A stretch of 64,000 nucleotides of DNA from Scytolyngbya sp. HA4215-MV1 (GTDB lineage: Bacteria > Cyanobacteriota > Cyanobacteriia > Leptolyngbyales > Leptolyngbyaceae): NCBI GenBank assembly GCA_019359045.1, contig JAHHIA010000002.1, forward strand, positions 116,401 through 180,400, in the 5' to 3' direction. Below, piece by piece: positions 9,400-18,023 of this stretch (positions within the stretch are counted from its first letter, which is position 1; each line of letters starts with the position of its first letter). Below the pieces are notes generated by a model. It did not search any database and had not been told where the DNA came from. It worked only from the letters and a program-made list of their open reading frames with translations. A program made the translations under genes and the position numbers.

Positions 9400-10302
9400 A
9401 TGTCTATTGGCTCTCTAGCGCTTAAAATTCAGCAAAAATATCAATATGGTCTAAAAACGACTTACTATCGAGATACGGTTAGAAATCGTATTTTGGATAC
9501 ACGTCCTTTTTTAAATACACAAGATTTTACCTGTGAAATTCATGTTCTTACTTATGAAAAAGACTGGCTGAATCTCATTTGGGCGCTAAAAAGTTTTTAT
9601 CACTATTCTCAGCGTTGCTATGCGCTCTGTATCCATGATGACGGAACCCTCACAGCCGAACAGTGTGCAATCTTACAACATCATTTTCCGAAGGCTCGCA
9701 TTCTTAAACGCAGCGATGCCGATCGCCATGTTATGCCGACCCTGCAATCCTATCCCCGGTGTTTAGAGTTTCGCAAAACTAACCATCTAGCTCCTAAAGT
9801 ATTTGACTTTGTTGAATACTTAGAAAGCGATCGCATGTTTTTGCTTGACAGCGATGTGCTCTTTTTCACAGAACCAACTGAGCTATTGAAACGCTTGGAA
9901 GATCCAGGTTATCAACTCAATACAGTCAACGGTGACGTCGCAAGTGCCTATACGGTTAATCCAGTCTTGATTCAAGAGACGCTCGGATTTACTGTAATTG
10001 AGCGGTTTAATTCCGGATTGGGACTGATTCATAAAGCCTCCCTGAATCTGGATTGGATTGAAGAGTTTTTGGGATTACCGGACATCATTGGGCATTTCTG
10101 GCGGATCGAACAAACCCTCTATGCCCTATGCAGTTCCCGATTTGGGGTAGAACTTTTGCCACCCGAATACGATGTGTCGCTCTCCAGAGGGGTGAACCGT
10201 TTACCTTGCCGTCATTACGTGGGACAAATCCGTCATTTAATGTATTGCGAAGGGATACAGCATCTGGTTCGCAATCGTTTTTTGCAAGAGCTAAGTCAAT
10301 GA
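9400..10302 (+). CDS. hypothetical protein; possible nucleotide-sugar transferase with a DXD-like motif
   Basis: Clean ATG with a GGGGAGAG RBS-like motif upstream. A possible DXD is MFLLDSDVLFF. There are no transmembrane helices and no recognised family. It lies within the glycan cluster. Confidence 0.45.
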   Translation: MSIGSLALKIQQKYQYGLKTTYYRDTVRNRILDTRPFLNTQDFTCEIHVLTYEKDWLNLIWALKSFYHYSQRCYALCIHDDGTLTAEQCAILQHHFPKARILKRSDADRHVMPTLQSYPRCLEFRKTNHLAPKVFDFVEYLESDRMFLLDSDVLFFTEPTELLKRLEDPGYQLNTVNGDVASAYTVNPVLIQETLGFTVIERFNSGLGLIHKASLNLDWIEEFLGLPDIIGHFWRIEQTLYALCSSRFGVELLPPEYDVSLSRGVNRLPCRHYVGQIRHLMYCEGIQHLVRNRFLQELSQ

Positions 10303-11396
10303 AATTGGAGACTGCTCACTCACCCAAGCCTATTCACGTGTTAATGATGCCTGATTATCGGGCTGACAATCCTTATCAAACATTATTAGAGAAGGCATTG
10401 CAAACGCAGGATATTCAGGTTCACTTCCCCTGGGGGTATCGCCGGATTTTGCCGATTTTCCGGATGGTTAAAGGGATTCAACCAGCAGTTTCTGTGCTGC
10501 ATTTTCATTGGTTCACCCCTTACATGAAAGGCAAGCGAAAACTGGTGAGGTTGGTCTACACAATCAAATTTTTGATAGATATTCTGATCACACGATTTTT
10601 GGGTGTAAAGGTTGTATGGACTGTGCACAATTTGCGATCGCACAATACCGAGTTCGCCGGATTAGATATTTGGATCAATCGTCAAATGGCAAAGCTAGCC
10701 GATCGGATTATCGTTCATCACGACTCAACTCTGGCTCAGATTGTCCAAACCTATCGGTTTGATGCAGCAAAAGCAGAGGTCATTCCTCACGGACATTATC
10801 GAGACGTGTATTGTCCCGCGATCGCTGCCTTAGAGGCTCGACAAGCGTTGGGTTTGCCGTTGATCGGGCGCGTTTACTTGCACCTGGGCATGATCCGCCC
10901 CTATAAAGGTATTGAATTCTTGCTGCAAACCTGGCAAGAAAATCATTCCCAAATGGCCGAAGCCACACTTCTAATCGCTGGAAAAGCTTTGGACAATGAC
11001 TATAAACTGCAACTCACGCAGAAAATTGCAGAAACTGAAGGAGTGCAATACTACCCTGAATTTGTAAAGGCAGGTGAGATACATACTTTCTTTAGTGCCG
11101 CAGATATCGTGGTACTGCCATTTCAAGACATTCTGACCTCTGGCAGTTTGATTTTGGCGATGTCTTATGGCAAACCTATTATCGCCCCTACCTTAGGAGG
11201 CATTCCAGAAACCTTGGGAAGCGCAGATGGGTTACTCTACGATCCAAGCGATCCTGAAGGCTTACTGAAGGCGCTGAGACGGAGCACTCAAGTGGATCTC
11301 AGTCAATTGGCTCAATTGACTGAGATTGCTTGCGATCGTTTGGATTGGCAGGAAATTGGGCGAAAAACCGGAGAACTTTATCAAAAGCTTCTCTAA
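10299..11396 (+). CDS. GT4-family (GT-B fold) glycosyltransferase
   Basis: The C-terminal GT-B sugar-donor motif is FFSAADIVVLPFQDILTSGSLILAMSYGKPIIAPTLGGIPE. The start was chosen at ATG 10299, which overlaps the upstream stop as ATGA. The ORF-track start at 10128 overlaps the preceding gene by 175 nt. Confidence 0.75.
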   Translation: MKLETAHSPKPIHVLMMPDYRADNPYQTLLEKALQTQDIQVHFPWGYRRILPIFRMVKGIQPAVSVLHFHWFTPYMKGKRKLVRLVYTIKFLIDILITRFLGVKVVWTVHNLRSHNTEFAGLDIWINRQMAKLADRIIVHHDSTLAQIVQTYRFDAAKAEVIPHGHYRDVYCPAIAALEARQALGLPLIGRVYLHLGMIRPYKGIEFLLQTWQENHSQMAEATLLIAGKALDNDYKLQLTQKIAETEGVQYYPEFVKAGEIHTFFSAADIVVLPFQDILTSGSLILAMSYGKPIIAPTLGGIPETLGSADGLLYDPSDPEGLLKALRRSTQVDLSQLAQLTEIACDRLDWQEIGRKTGELYQKLL

Positions 11397-11464
11397 TCAA
11401 AAAATATCTTTTACGTTAATTTCAACGAATAAGACGTTTCTAGTGCAAATAGGAGACAGCTTTC

Positions 11465-12442
11465 ATGGCTTCTATCCATTCAGATAGTGTCAAAGTTTTT
11501 AGAGTTGATGGAATGCAAAATACTCCTTTCATCAATCAAAATGCACTTAAAATTCTTTCGGAACAGGGCATTATCGTTGTTGACGATATTCAGGATAGTC
11601 ATATTCTAGTTGCTCAAGACCATAGAAAATTACTTCCCTATCTTTTCAAATATAAGAAGCAAAAGAAATATTTTATATGGACGCATGAACCCAGATCAAA
11701 CACTCATTTTAGCCAAGAAAAGAAAGTGCTTTGGGGACTTCCCTCTATCCACATTATGAATGTTTATACAGGAGATATTTATATTAATAATTTTACGGTA
11801 TGGGGTTACTGCATCGATCGAGCACTCCAGCCACTGAATGCCAACAACTTCAATTTTCGACACAAAAAAGTAGTGGCCCTCATGTCTTATTACAAAGGCG
11901 GAAAAAAGAATAGTTTACGAAAGAATGGACAGGAACTTGATCTCACTCAATTACGACAAGAAATAGCTTTGTATGGACAGGAGATCAATAGACTTGATAT
12001 TTATGGTCGCGGATGGAAAGAAGGCGTATCGTTGGAAAATTCTCGACTGGGACAATGGCGCTCCAGGAAACAAGAAATTCTCCAAAACTATCATTTAAAT
12101 TTATCTTTTGAAAATACCAATACAGCTCATTATGTCACCGAAAAGATATGGGATAGCATCAAATCTTATTGCCTACCTATTTACTATGGTCATAATAATA
12201 CAATTTATGAGACTTTTCCTCAAAACAGTTTCTTGGATTATTCTAATTTTCAACACCCCCAAGAACTCTTTAGATGGATTGACGATTTATCAGTAGAGGA
12301 ATTTGTAGCACGCTTAAATCTCTGCATTCATGTTTTTAATGATTTTTATGAGAAGGGACATACCTATTGGAGTGCTCTTTATATCGAAATGCTTCAAAAG
12401 ACCGCTAAAAGACTGATTGACATCGCAATGGCAGCTCATTAG
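11465..12442 (+). CDS. GT10-family (fucosyltransferase-like) glycosyltransferase, second copy
   Basis: The motif HLNLSFENTNTAHYVTEKIWDSIKSYCLPIYYG is a very close match to the GT10 FENS...YVTEK motif. An AGGAGA RBS lies upstream. The gene is AT-rich relative to its neighbours. Confidence 0.7.
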   Translation: MASIHSDSVKVFRVDGMQNTPFINQNALKILSEQGIIVVDDIQDSHILVAQDHRKLLPYLFKYKKQKKYFIWTHEPRSNTHFSQEKKVLWGLPSIHIMNVYTGDIYINNFTVWGYCIDRALQPLNANNFNFRHKKVVALMSYYKGGKKNSLRKNGQELDLTQLRQEIALYGQEINRLDIYGRGWKEGVSLENSRLGQWRSRKQEILQNYHLNLSFENTNTAHYVTEKIWDSIKSYCLPIYYGHNNTIYETFPQNSFLDYSNFQHPQELFRWIDDLSVEEFVARLNLCIHVFNDFYEKGHTYWSALYIEMLQKTAKRLIDIAMAAH

Positions 12443-12449
12443 TGTCAGT

Positions 12450-13418
12450 ATGCAACCTAGCGTTAGTATTTTGATTCCCTGCTATAATGCGGAGCAATGG
12501 ATTGCGCAAGCGATCGAAAGTGCGCTGGCTCAAACCTATTCTGAACAAGAAGTCATTGTGGTGGATGATGGGTCGAGTGATCGGAGCTTGAACATTATTC
12601 AAAGCTTTGGCGATCAAATTCGTTGGGCAACGCAGCCAAACCAGGGTGGCAATGCGACCCGAAATCGTCTATTAGCAATGAGTTCAGGTTCGTGGATTCA
12701 ATATCTGGATGCTGATGACTATTTGCTTCCCCACAAAATAGAACGGCAAGTTCAATATCTTGCCCAAGTACCTGCAGCAGACATTATTTACGGTCCCAGC
12801 CGGTTTGAGTATTACCACGAGAAGGCAGTTTGGCAAGAAATTTTGTCCATTCCGAACCCTCATGATCCCTGGATTTTATTGGTGCGGTGGTACTTGCCTC
12901 AAACGGGCAGCCCTCTTTGGCGCAAACAAGCCATTGTCGATGTGGGTGGATGGAAAACCGATCAACCTTGTTGCCAGGAACATGAATTATATTTTCGATT
13001 ACTGATGGCTCGTAAACGCTTTGAATATTTAAACGATGCTAGTTCAGTTTACCGACAGTGGAGTGAATCAACCGTTTGTAAGAAAAATAAAGCTGAAACT
13101 TATCGTCGGCGTCTAGAAATTACTGATAATGCTGAGGTGTATTTAAAGGAAAACAAACAGCTCACTCCCATGCGGCAACAATCCATCCATCAATCTCGAT
13201 TTGAATGCGCTCGTCAAATCTGGCTATTTGAGCCTGCCTGGGCGATTGCAATCATGACACAAGTTCACCAAATAGAACCCAATTTTTTGCCCACGGGAAA
13301 TGCCGCACCAGCAAACTATCAATGGTTTTACAGAAAATTGGGTTTTGCTACGGCTGAAACGATCGCCAACTTCAAAAGAAGCATCTCGCCCCCTCGTAGT
13401 CTGTCAAGACTATTTTGA
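12450..13418 (+). CDS. Family 2 glycosyltransferase
   Basis: VSILIPCYNAEQWIAQAIESALAQTYSEQEVIVVDDGSSDRS ... YLDADDY. The ORF-track start at 12417 is a TTG; the first ATG is at 12450. Confidence 0.85.
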   Translation: MQPSVSILIPCYNAEQWIAQAIESALAQTYSEQEVIVVDDGSSDRSLNIIQSFGDQIRWATQPNQGGNATRNRLLAMSSGSWIQYLDADDYLLPHKIERQVQYLAQVPAADIIYGPSRFEYYHEKAVWQEILSIPNPHDPWILLVRWYLPQTGSPLWRKQAIVDVGGWKTDQPCCQEHELYFRLLMARKRFEYLNDASSVYRQWSESTVCKKNKAETYRRRLEITDNAEVYLKENKQLTPMRQQSIHQSRFECARQIWLFEPAWAIAIMTQVHQIEPNFLPTGNAAPANYQWFYRKLGFATAETIANFKRSISPPRSLSRLF

Positions 13419-13592
13419 GAGGTTGAAAACCCACAAAACATCTCAAAAATGGTTTTTGTAGATTTGAGTGCCCCCTCAAATCTATCCTGACGGACTGCCA
13501 GTCAGGTTATGAAAATGACCGTCACCGTTCTAAATCGTTGAATTGCCCTCTGAATAAGCATGTAACCCTAATTAATTGTAAGAAAGGGCTTT

Positions 13593-13607
13593 GGGGGCTG
13601 CGCCCCC
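13593..13607 (+). terminator. GC-rich hairpin GGGGGCTGCGCCCCC, a possible terminator downstream of the GT2 gene
   Basis: Perfect 6-bp GC stem; a T-run (GCTTTTACT) follows about 10 nt later. It lies 175 nt after the stop of the 13418 gene. Weak. Confidence 0.25.
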
Positions 13608-13945
13608 AGCCAGGGGCTTTTACTCCCTCCACCACCAAAAACATCTTCAATTGAATTTAGCCCAGCTACTTATAGCTAGACTTTAGCCAAATCTTTGTTA
13701 AATATTAAGCTTGTGTAAAGTCTCAAGATCATCTCATCTTTGCCTGTAGATTTACTTGGCTTGCAAAGTTTATTTTCTGTTTCGGCTATCTTTGGCTAAT
13801 CAGCCTTGGTGGGTCAAGCACTTACAAAGTTTGTTGCCTGTATTGGCTAAAGAGTCAACGAGCAACGTTATAAGCGCTTCATTCAGGTGAGCATCTTCCG
13901 CTGTATTTATGGCACCTCTTAGTCAGTATTGCTGGGGAGAAACTT

Positions 13946-15163
13946 ATGACAGTTTACACAGGCACCAATCTCAATGATGTCATCAATGCTTTTTTGATCA
14001 ATCCCAATCAGATAGCTGACATTTCGGGATTAGATGGAGATGATACGCTAACGGGTGGCAATCTTAATGACACGATTAATGGAGGATTGGGTAGAGACTT
14101 CATTAATGGTGGACTGGGGGCTGATTTGATGATTGGGGGCGGTGGAGCTTTTGGCGATACCTTTGTTGTTGATAATATTGGCGATCGCGTCATTGCTGAT
14201 GGCATTGGGGTTCCCACAGGTAGTACCTCAACATTGGGAGTCAACACGATCTTCTCTTCCATCAATCTTGATTTGCTAAATGATCCAGTGGTTGTCAGTG
14301 GCAATGTTTTCAATCTGATTCTGACTGGCAATGCCATTATTGGTAGAGGCAATAACCTGCCGAACTATATTGCGGGGAATAGCAAAAATAATATTCTCAG
14401 TGGAGGGGGCGGCACCGACTATCTTTATGGTTTTCAAGGCGCAGACACCCTCGATGGAGGAGATGGGAATGACTTTCTAGATGGGGGAACCGGGGCAGAC
14501 ACCTTCATCACAAGTTTAGGGATGGATACTTTTTATGTCGATAATGCCGCCGATACCGTGACTGGCAACCTTGGCGGACCCCATCTCGTGATTTCGACCG
14601 TCAGTTACAGCCTGAGCCAAAGAGCACCCGGAGTCAGAGATTTGACTTTGGCTGGGACTAAACCCATCAATGCTACCGGCACGGACATTACTAACTTCCT
14701 TAGAGGTAACAGCAGTAATAACCGCCTCAATGGCTTGGGTGGCAATGACTATCTCTATGGCAATGGCGGAAGCGATATCTTAGTGGGAGGCAAGGGAAAT
14801 GATCAATTATCCGGGGGTGCTGGTGCAGACCGTTTTAGTTTCTCCGGTGTTTCAACCTTCTCTGAGTTAGGCATAGATACAATTCTCGACTTCAGTTCGG
14901 GCGAACGGATAGAACTTTCTAAAACTGTCTTTACAGCTTTATCGTCGATCAACTCTTCAGTATTGCCATCGAATAAATTCGCCAAAGTTGCGAATGATCA
15001 ATTAGTTGCGACTAGTGCTGCCACAATTGTTTACAGCGCTGGTAGCAGTAAGCTATTTTACAATCCAGATGGTATCGCGCCGGGTCTAGCGGGTGGAGGC
15101 GCATTTGCGCGATTGCAAAATGCGCCTATCTTGGCGGCTAGCAGTTTCTCTCTGGTAGCGTAG
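13946..15163 (+). CDS. RTX/hemolysin-type calcium-binding repeat protein; probable secreted (T1SS-type) or S-layer-like protein
   Basis: Many GGxGxDxxx nonapeptide repeats (GGNLNDTINGGLGRDFINGGLGADLMIGGGG; GGDGNDFLDGGTGADTF; GLGGNDYLYGNGGSDILVGGKGNDQLSGGAGADRF). There is no N-terminal signal peptide, consistent with C-terminal T1SS secretion. A GGGGAGA RBS is present. Confidence 0.8.
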   Translation: MTVYTGTNLNDVINAFLINPNQIADISGLDGDDTLTGGNLNDTINGGLGRDFINGGLGADLMIGGGGAFGDTFVVDNIGDRVIADGIGVPTGSTSTLGVNTIFSSINLDLLNDPVVVSGNVFNLILTGNAIIGRGNNLPNYIAGNSKNNILSGGGGTDYLYGFQGADTLDGGDGNDFLDGGTGADTFITSLGMDTFYVDNAADTVTGNLGGPHLVISTVSYSLSQRAPGVRDLTLAGTKPINATGTDITNFLRGNSSNNRLNGLGGNDYLYGNGGSDILVGGKGNDQLSGGAGADRFSFSGVSTFSELGIDTILDFSSGERIELSKTVFTALSSINSSVLPSNKFAKVANDQLVATSAATIVYSAGSSKLFYNPDGIAPGLAGGGAFARLQNAPILAASSFSLVA

Positions 15164-15295
15164 TTCAAGGTTTGACTGGACTGACCCATCGGGGTTCATC
15201 CCAAATAGTCAAAGCACGTCGTTTAGAGTGGTGCACAGTCCTGTTCTCCATCCTTTCATCCACTCTGACAATGGCATCCATTGGGTATCAAACTC

Positions 15296-15347
15296 ATCCT
15301 GCATATTTTGAAAATCTTACTCATCAGATTTTCAAAATATGCAGGAT
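15296..15347. repeat. Perfect 21-bp inverted repeat with a 10-nt spacer (ATCCTGCATATTTTGAAAATC ... GATTTTCAAAATATGCAGGAT)
   Basis: Read directly: arms at 15296-15316 and 15327-15347. It lies 133 nt downstream of the RTX gene stop and upstream of the sulfotransferase gene. No T-tract follows. Confidence 0.6.
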
Positions 15348-15627
15348 AGGGGGATGTTGCAGTTTTCAATTATTCAGTCCCGGCTGGTGGGTGAACAGCG
15401 CCCATTTCACAGAAATTTTCGGACGAGTAAGCCCCAGTTCGGTGAATGAGTGGATGGCTGGGTAGATGAGTCTGAGTGTGGCTCATGCCAATGAAAACGG
15501 TTGTCATCCGTGAACTGCACTGATCTACATTGAGAATATAACTTTTATTTTTATTAGAAAAACAGAAAAATATCCTGAATTATCCACAAAGTTTCGCATA
15601 AAGAAATAAAATTAATCCCGAAATTCA

Positions 15628-16470
15628 ATGTCTACTCAACCGATACCCACCCACCCTTCAACTAGTGGACAGTTGGCGAATTTGGTAATTATTGGAGCGA
15701 TGAAGTGTGGGACATCTAGTCTGCATCGATATTTGAACTTACATCCGGAAATTCAAATGTCAAAGAGCAAAGAACTCGATTTTTTCATAAAAGAAAAGAA
15801 TTGGCAACGAGGACTAGATTGGTATCAATCCCACTTTACTGAGTCTGCCAAGGTGAGAGGTGAAGCATCTCCTAACTACACCAAACACTCGATTTTTCGA
15901 GGGGTGCCAGAGCGAATGCACCAAATCATTCCAGAGGCAAAGCTGATCTATCTAGTTCGAGATCCAATTCAACGAATTGTTTCCCATTATCTCCATAATT
16001 TTATCGATCGCCATGAATTGCGTAGCCTGCCAGATGCACTGCAAAATTTAGAGAGCAACCACTACCTACATTGCAGTCTTTACTACCAACAATTGCAACA
16101 GTTTTTGACTTATTATTCACCTGAACAAATTTTGGTAGTCAGTCTAGAAACTTTAGCTTACGATCGCCTGAAAACGCTTCGAAAGATCTTCCAGTTCTTA
16201 GAAGTTGATTCTGAATTTCAACATCCAGATTTTTTTCAAATCTTTCATCAATCAAATCAGAAAAAACGCCTTACTCATTGGGGTGTCCGGGTTGTTCAAT
16301 TGCCCTCAGGGGGACGATTGCGAAAAATTTTACCTGGCTTACTTGAAGAATCGATCGCAACCCCAATTGTAAGCGAGGATTTGCGCCAGTCCTTGGTTCA
16401 GATGCTTAGTAACGATATTGAACAACTCAAAGCGTTCACCCAGTTGCCCTTTGCTGAATGGAGTGTTTAG
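15628..16470 (+). CDS. PAPS-dependent sulfotransferase family protein
   Basis: 5'-PSB motif IIGAMKCGTSSL and 3'-PB motif LVRDPIQRIVSHY; about 280 aa. Confidence 0.8.
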   Translation: MSTQPIPTHPSTSGQLANLVIIGAMKCGTSSLHRYLNLHPEIQMSKSKELDFFIKEKNWQRGLDWYQSHFTESAKVRGEASPNYTKHSIFRGVPERMHQIIPEAKLIYLVRDPIQRIVSHYLHNFIDRHELRSLPDALQNLESNHYLHCSLYYQQLQQFLTYYSPEQILVVSLETLAYDRLKTLRKIFQFLEVDSEFQHPDFFQIFHQSNQKKRLTHWGVRVVQLPSGGRLRKILPGLLEESIATPIVSEDLRQSLVQMLSNDIEQLKAFTQLPFAEWSV

Positions 16471-16473
16471 TTC

Positions 16474-17475
16474 ATGACGGTGATCTTGCCCGTTGCTGCA
16501 ATTATCCCCACTCGCGATCGCAGTCTGCCCTTGATGAGTACCCTGCAGAGCTTAGCCCAGCAATCGGCTCAACCGATCGAGGCAGTAGTGGTCGATGCGT
16601 CTACCGACGACCAGACTCAGCAACTTTGCCAAGCTCCCGAAATTCCTGGTCTGGTGACCAAAATTGTTTATCATCGAGCCACGACAGTTGGTGCTGCAAC
16701 TCAACGCAATCAGGCGATCGCCTACACCACCCAATCTACGATTCTGTTCTGTGACGACGACATTTTATTTGAACCCGATTGTTTGGCAAAGCTGTGGGCA
16801 GCATTACAGTGCGATCCTGAACTGGGGGGAGTCAATGCCATGATTACCAACCAAAGGTATTTACCGCCTGGTCGATTCAGCAGAATGCTTTTTCAGTTTC
16901 TGGATGGCAAAAAGCAAGTGAGTTATGCCGGGCAATGTATCGGTCCGGGGCTAAACTTACTGCCCGAAGATCGGGCAGATCTGCCAGAAGTTGTACCAGT
17001 GCAATGGTTAAATACGACCTGTACGCTTTATCGAAGACAAGCCTTGCCCCATCCCCCCTTTCCAGAGCATTTCACGGGTTATTCTTTGATGGAAGATCTG
17101 ACTCTTTCACTCACGGTTGGACAAAGATGGAAATTAGCCAATGCTCGCACCGCAAGAATTTTTCACGATAGCCAACCAGGCAGCCACAAAAATAACCCAA
17201 CCGTATTGTCAAAAATGGAATTGGTCAATCGTCACTATGTCATGACGCAAATTTTACAACAGCGGCAACCCCAAAATTATCTAAAACTAATGGTGCTGCA
17301 AGGGTTTGGCATCCTTGCAGCGCTGCAAACACTGCAAGGGTGGAAAAATTTCCCTGCGATCGTGCAGGGAAACTTAGAAGCGCTTGCCCAAATTGTTTCA
17401 TCCGGATACCCTGCCTTCAGCCTGAAAGATAGATTGGGAAAGAGACTCAAAGGTAACAATGCATCCAATCATTGA
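16474..17475 (+). CDS. Family 2 glycosyltransferase
   Basis: AAIIPTRDRSLPLMSTLQSLAQQSAQPIEAVVVDASTDD ... FCDDD; GT-A fold pattern. Confidence 0.75.
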   Translation: MTVILPVAAIIPTRDRSLPLMSTLQSLAQQSAQPIEAVVVDASTDDQTQQLCQAPEIPGLVTKIVYHRATTVGAATQRNQAIAYTTQSTILFCDDDILFEPDCLAKLWAALQCDPELGGVNAMITNQRYLPPGRFSRMLFQFLDGKKQVSYAGQCIGPGLNLLPEDRADLPEVVPVQWLNTTCTLYRRQALPHPPFPEHFTGYSLMEDLTLSLTVGQRWKLANARTARIFHDSQPGSHKNNPTVLSKMELVNRHYVMTQILQQRQPQNYLKLMVLQGFGILAALQTLQGWKNFPAIVQGNLEALAQIVSSGYPAFSLKDRLGKRLKGNNASNH

Positions 17476-18013
17476 AGGTTTAAGGAGTCGCTGGCGTAAC
17501 GGCTACTATCGAATGCTGGGAGTCAAACTGCACGGCTATATCTGGATGCGTGAGATTGAGATTCCTCGCAACTTTTCCGATATTGAGATCGAGCGTTCTT
17601 GTGCCCTGGATCGAGGAGTAACGCTACTGTGCAGTGGTGAACCATCACCCCATCCTAAAATTCACATTGGTGCCCACACTTATATCAATCGAAACACCTT
17701 TTTGGATGCTATCTTATCCCTCACGATCGGTGAACATTGTGCCATTGGACCTGGTTGCTACATCACGGATCATGATCATGGACAAGACTGCACTCTGCCA
17801 CCGCTACAGCAACCAATGATTGCTAAACCCACCCAAATTGGCAATCAAGTTTGGATCGGAGCGAATGTCACCATTCTTAAGGGGGTGACGATCGGCCCCA
17901 ATACTATTGTTGGAGCAGGTAGCGTCGTCAACAAAAATTTACCCGAAAAAAGTATTGCAGTAGGCGTTCCTGCAAAGGTCATTCGATATCGTTCTGTACT
18001 GGAAGTAGGATAG
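17459..18013 (+). CDS. Hexapeptide-repeat (LbH) acetyltransferase, second copy
   Basis: IGEHCAIGPGCYITDHDH...VWIGANVTILKGVTIGPNTIVGAGSVV. It overlaps the upstream gene by 17 nt. Confidence 0.8.
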   Translation: MHPIIEGLRSRWRNGYYRMLGVKLHGYIWMREIEIPRNFSDIEIERSCALDRGVTLLCSGEPSPHPKIHIGAHTYINRNTFLDAILSLTIGEHCAIGPGCYITDHDHGQDCTLPPLQQPMIAKPTQIGNQVWIGANVTILKGVTIGPNTIVGAGSVVNKNLPEKSIAVGVPAKVIRYRSVLEVG

Positions 18014-18023
18014 GACAAAAGTA

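Noticed and set aside
14008-14352. 114-aa minus-strand ORF inside the RTX gene, and similar antisense ORFs inside the hybrid kinase (40601-43567), the 847-aa gene (37018-38289), the CHAT genes and the acyl-CoA synthetase
   Set aside because: They are antisense shadows of well-supported genes. They are low-complexity or Pro/Gly-rich translations of repeat-encoding DNA, and no start context or motif supports them.
15172-15465. 97-aa ORF between the RTX and sulfotransferase genes
   Set aside because: It spans the 21-bp palindrome and the promoter-like AT-rich region, has no RBS or motif, and is most likely non-coding.
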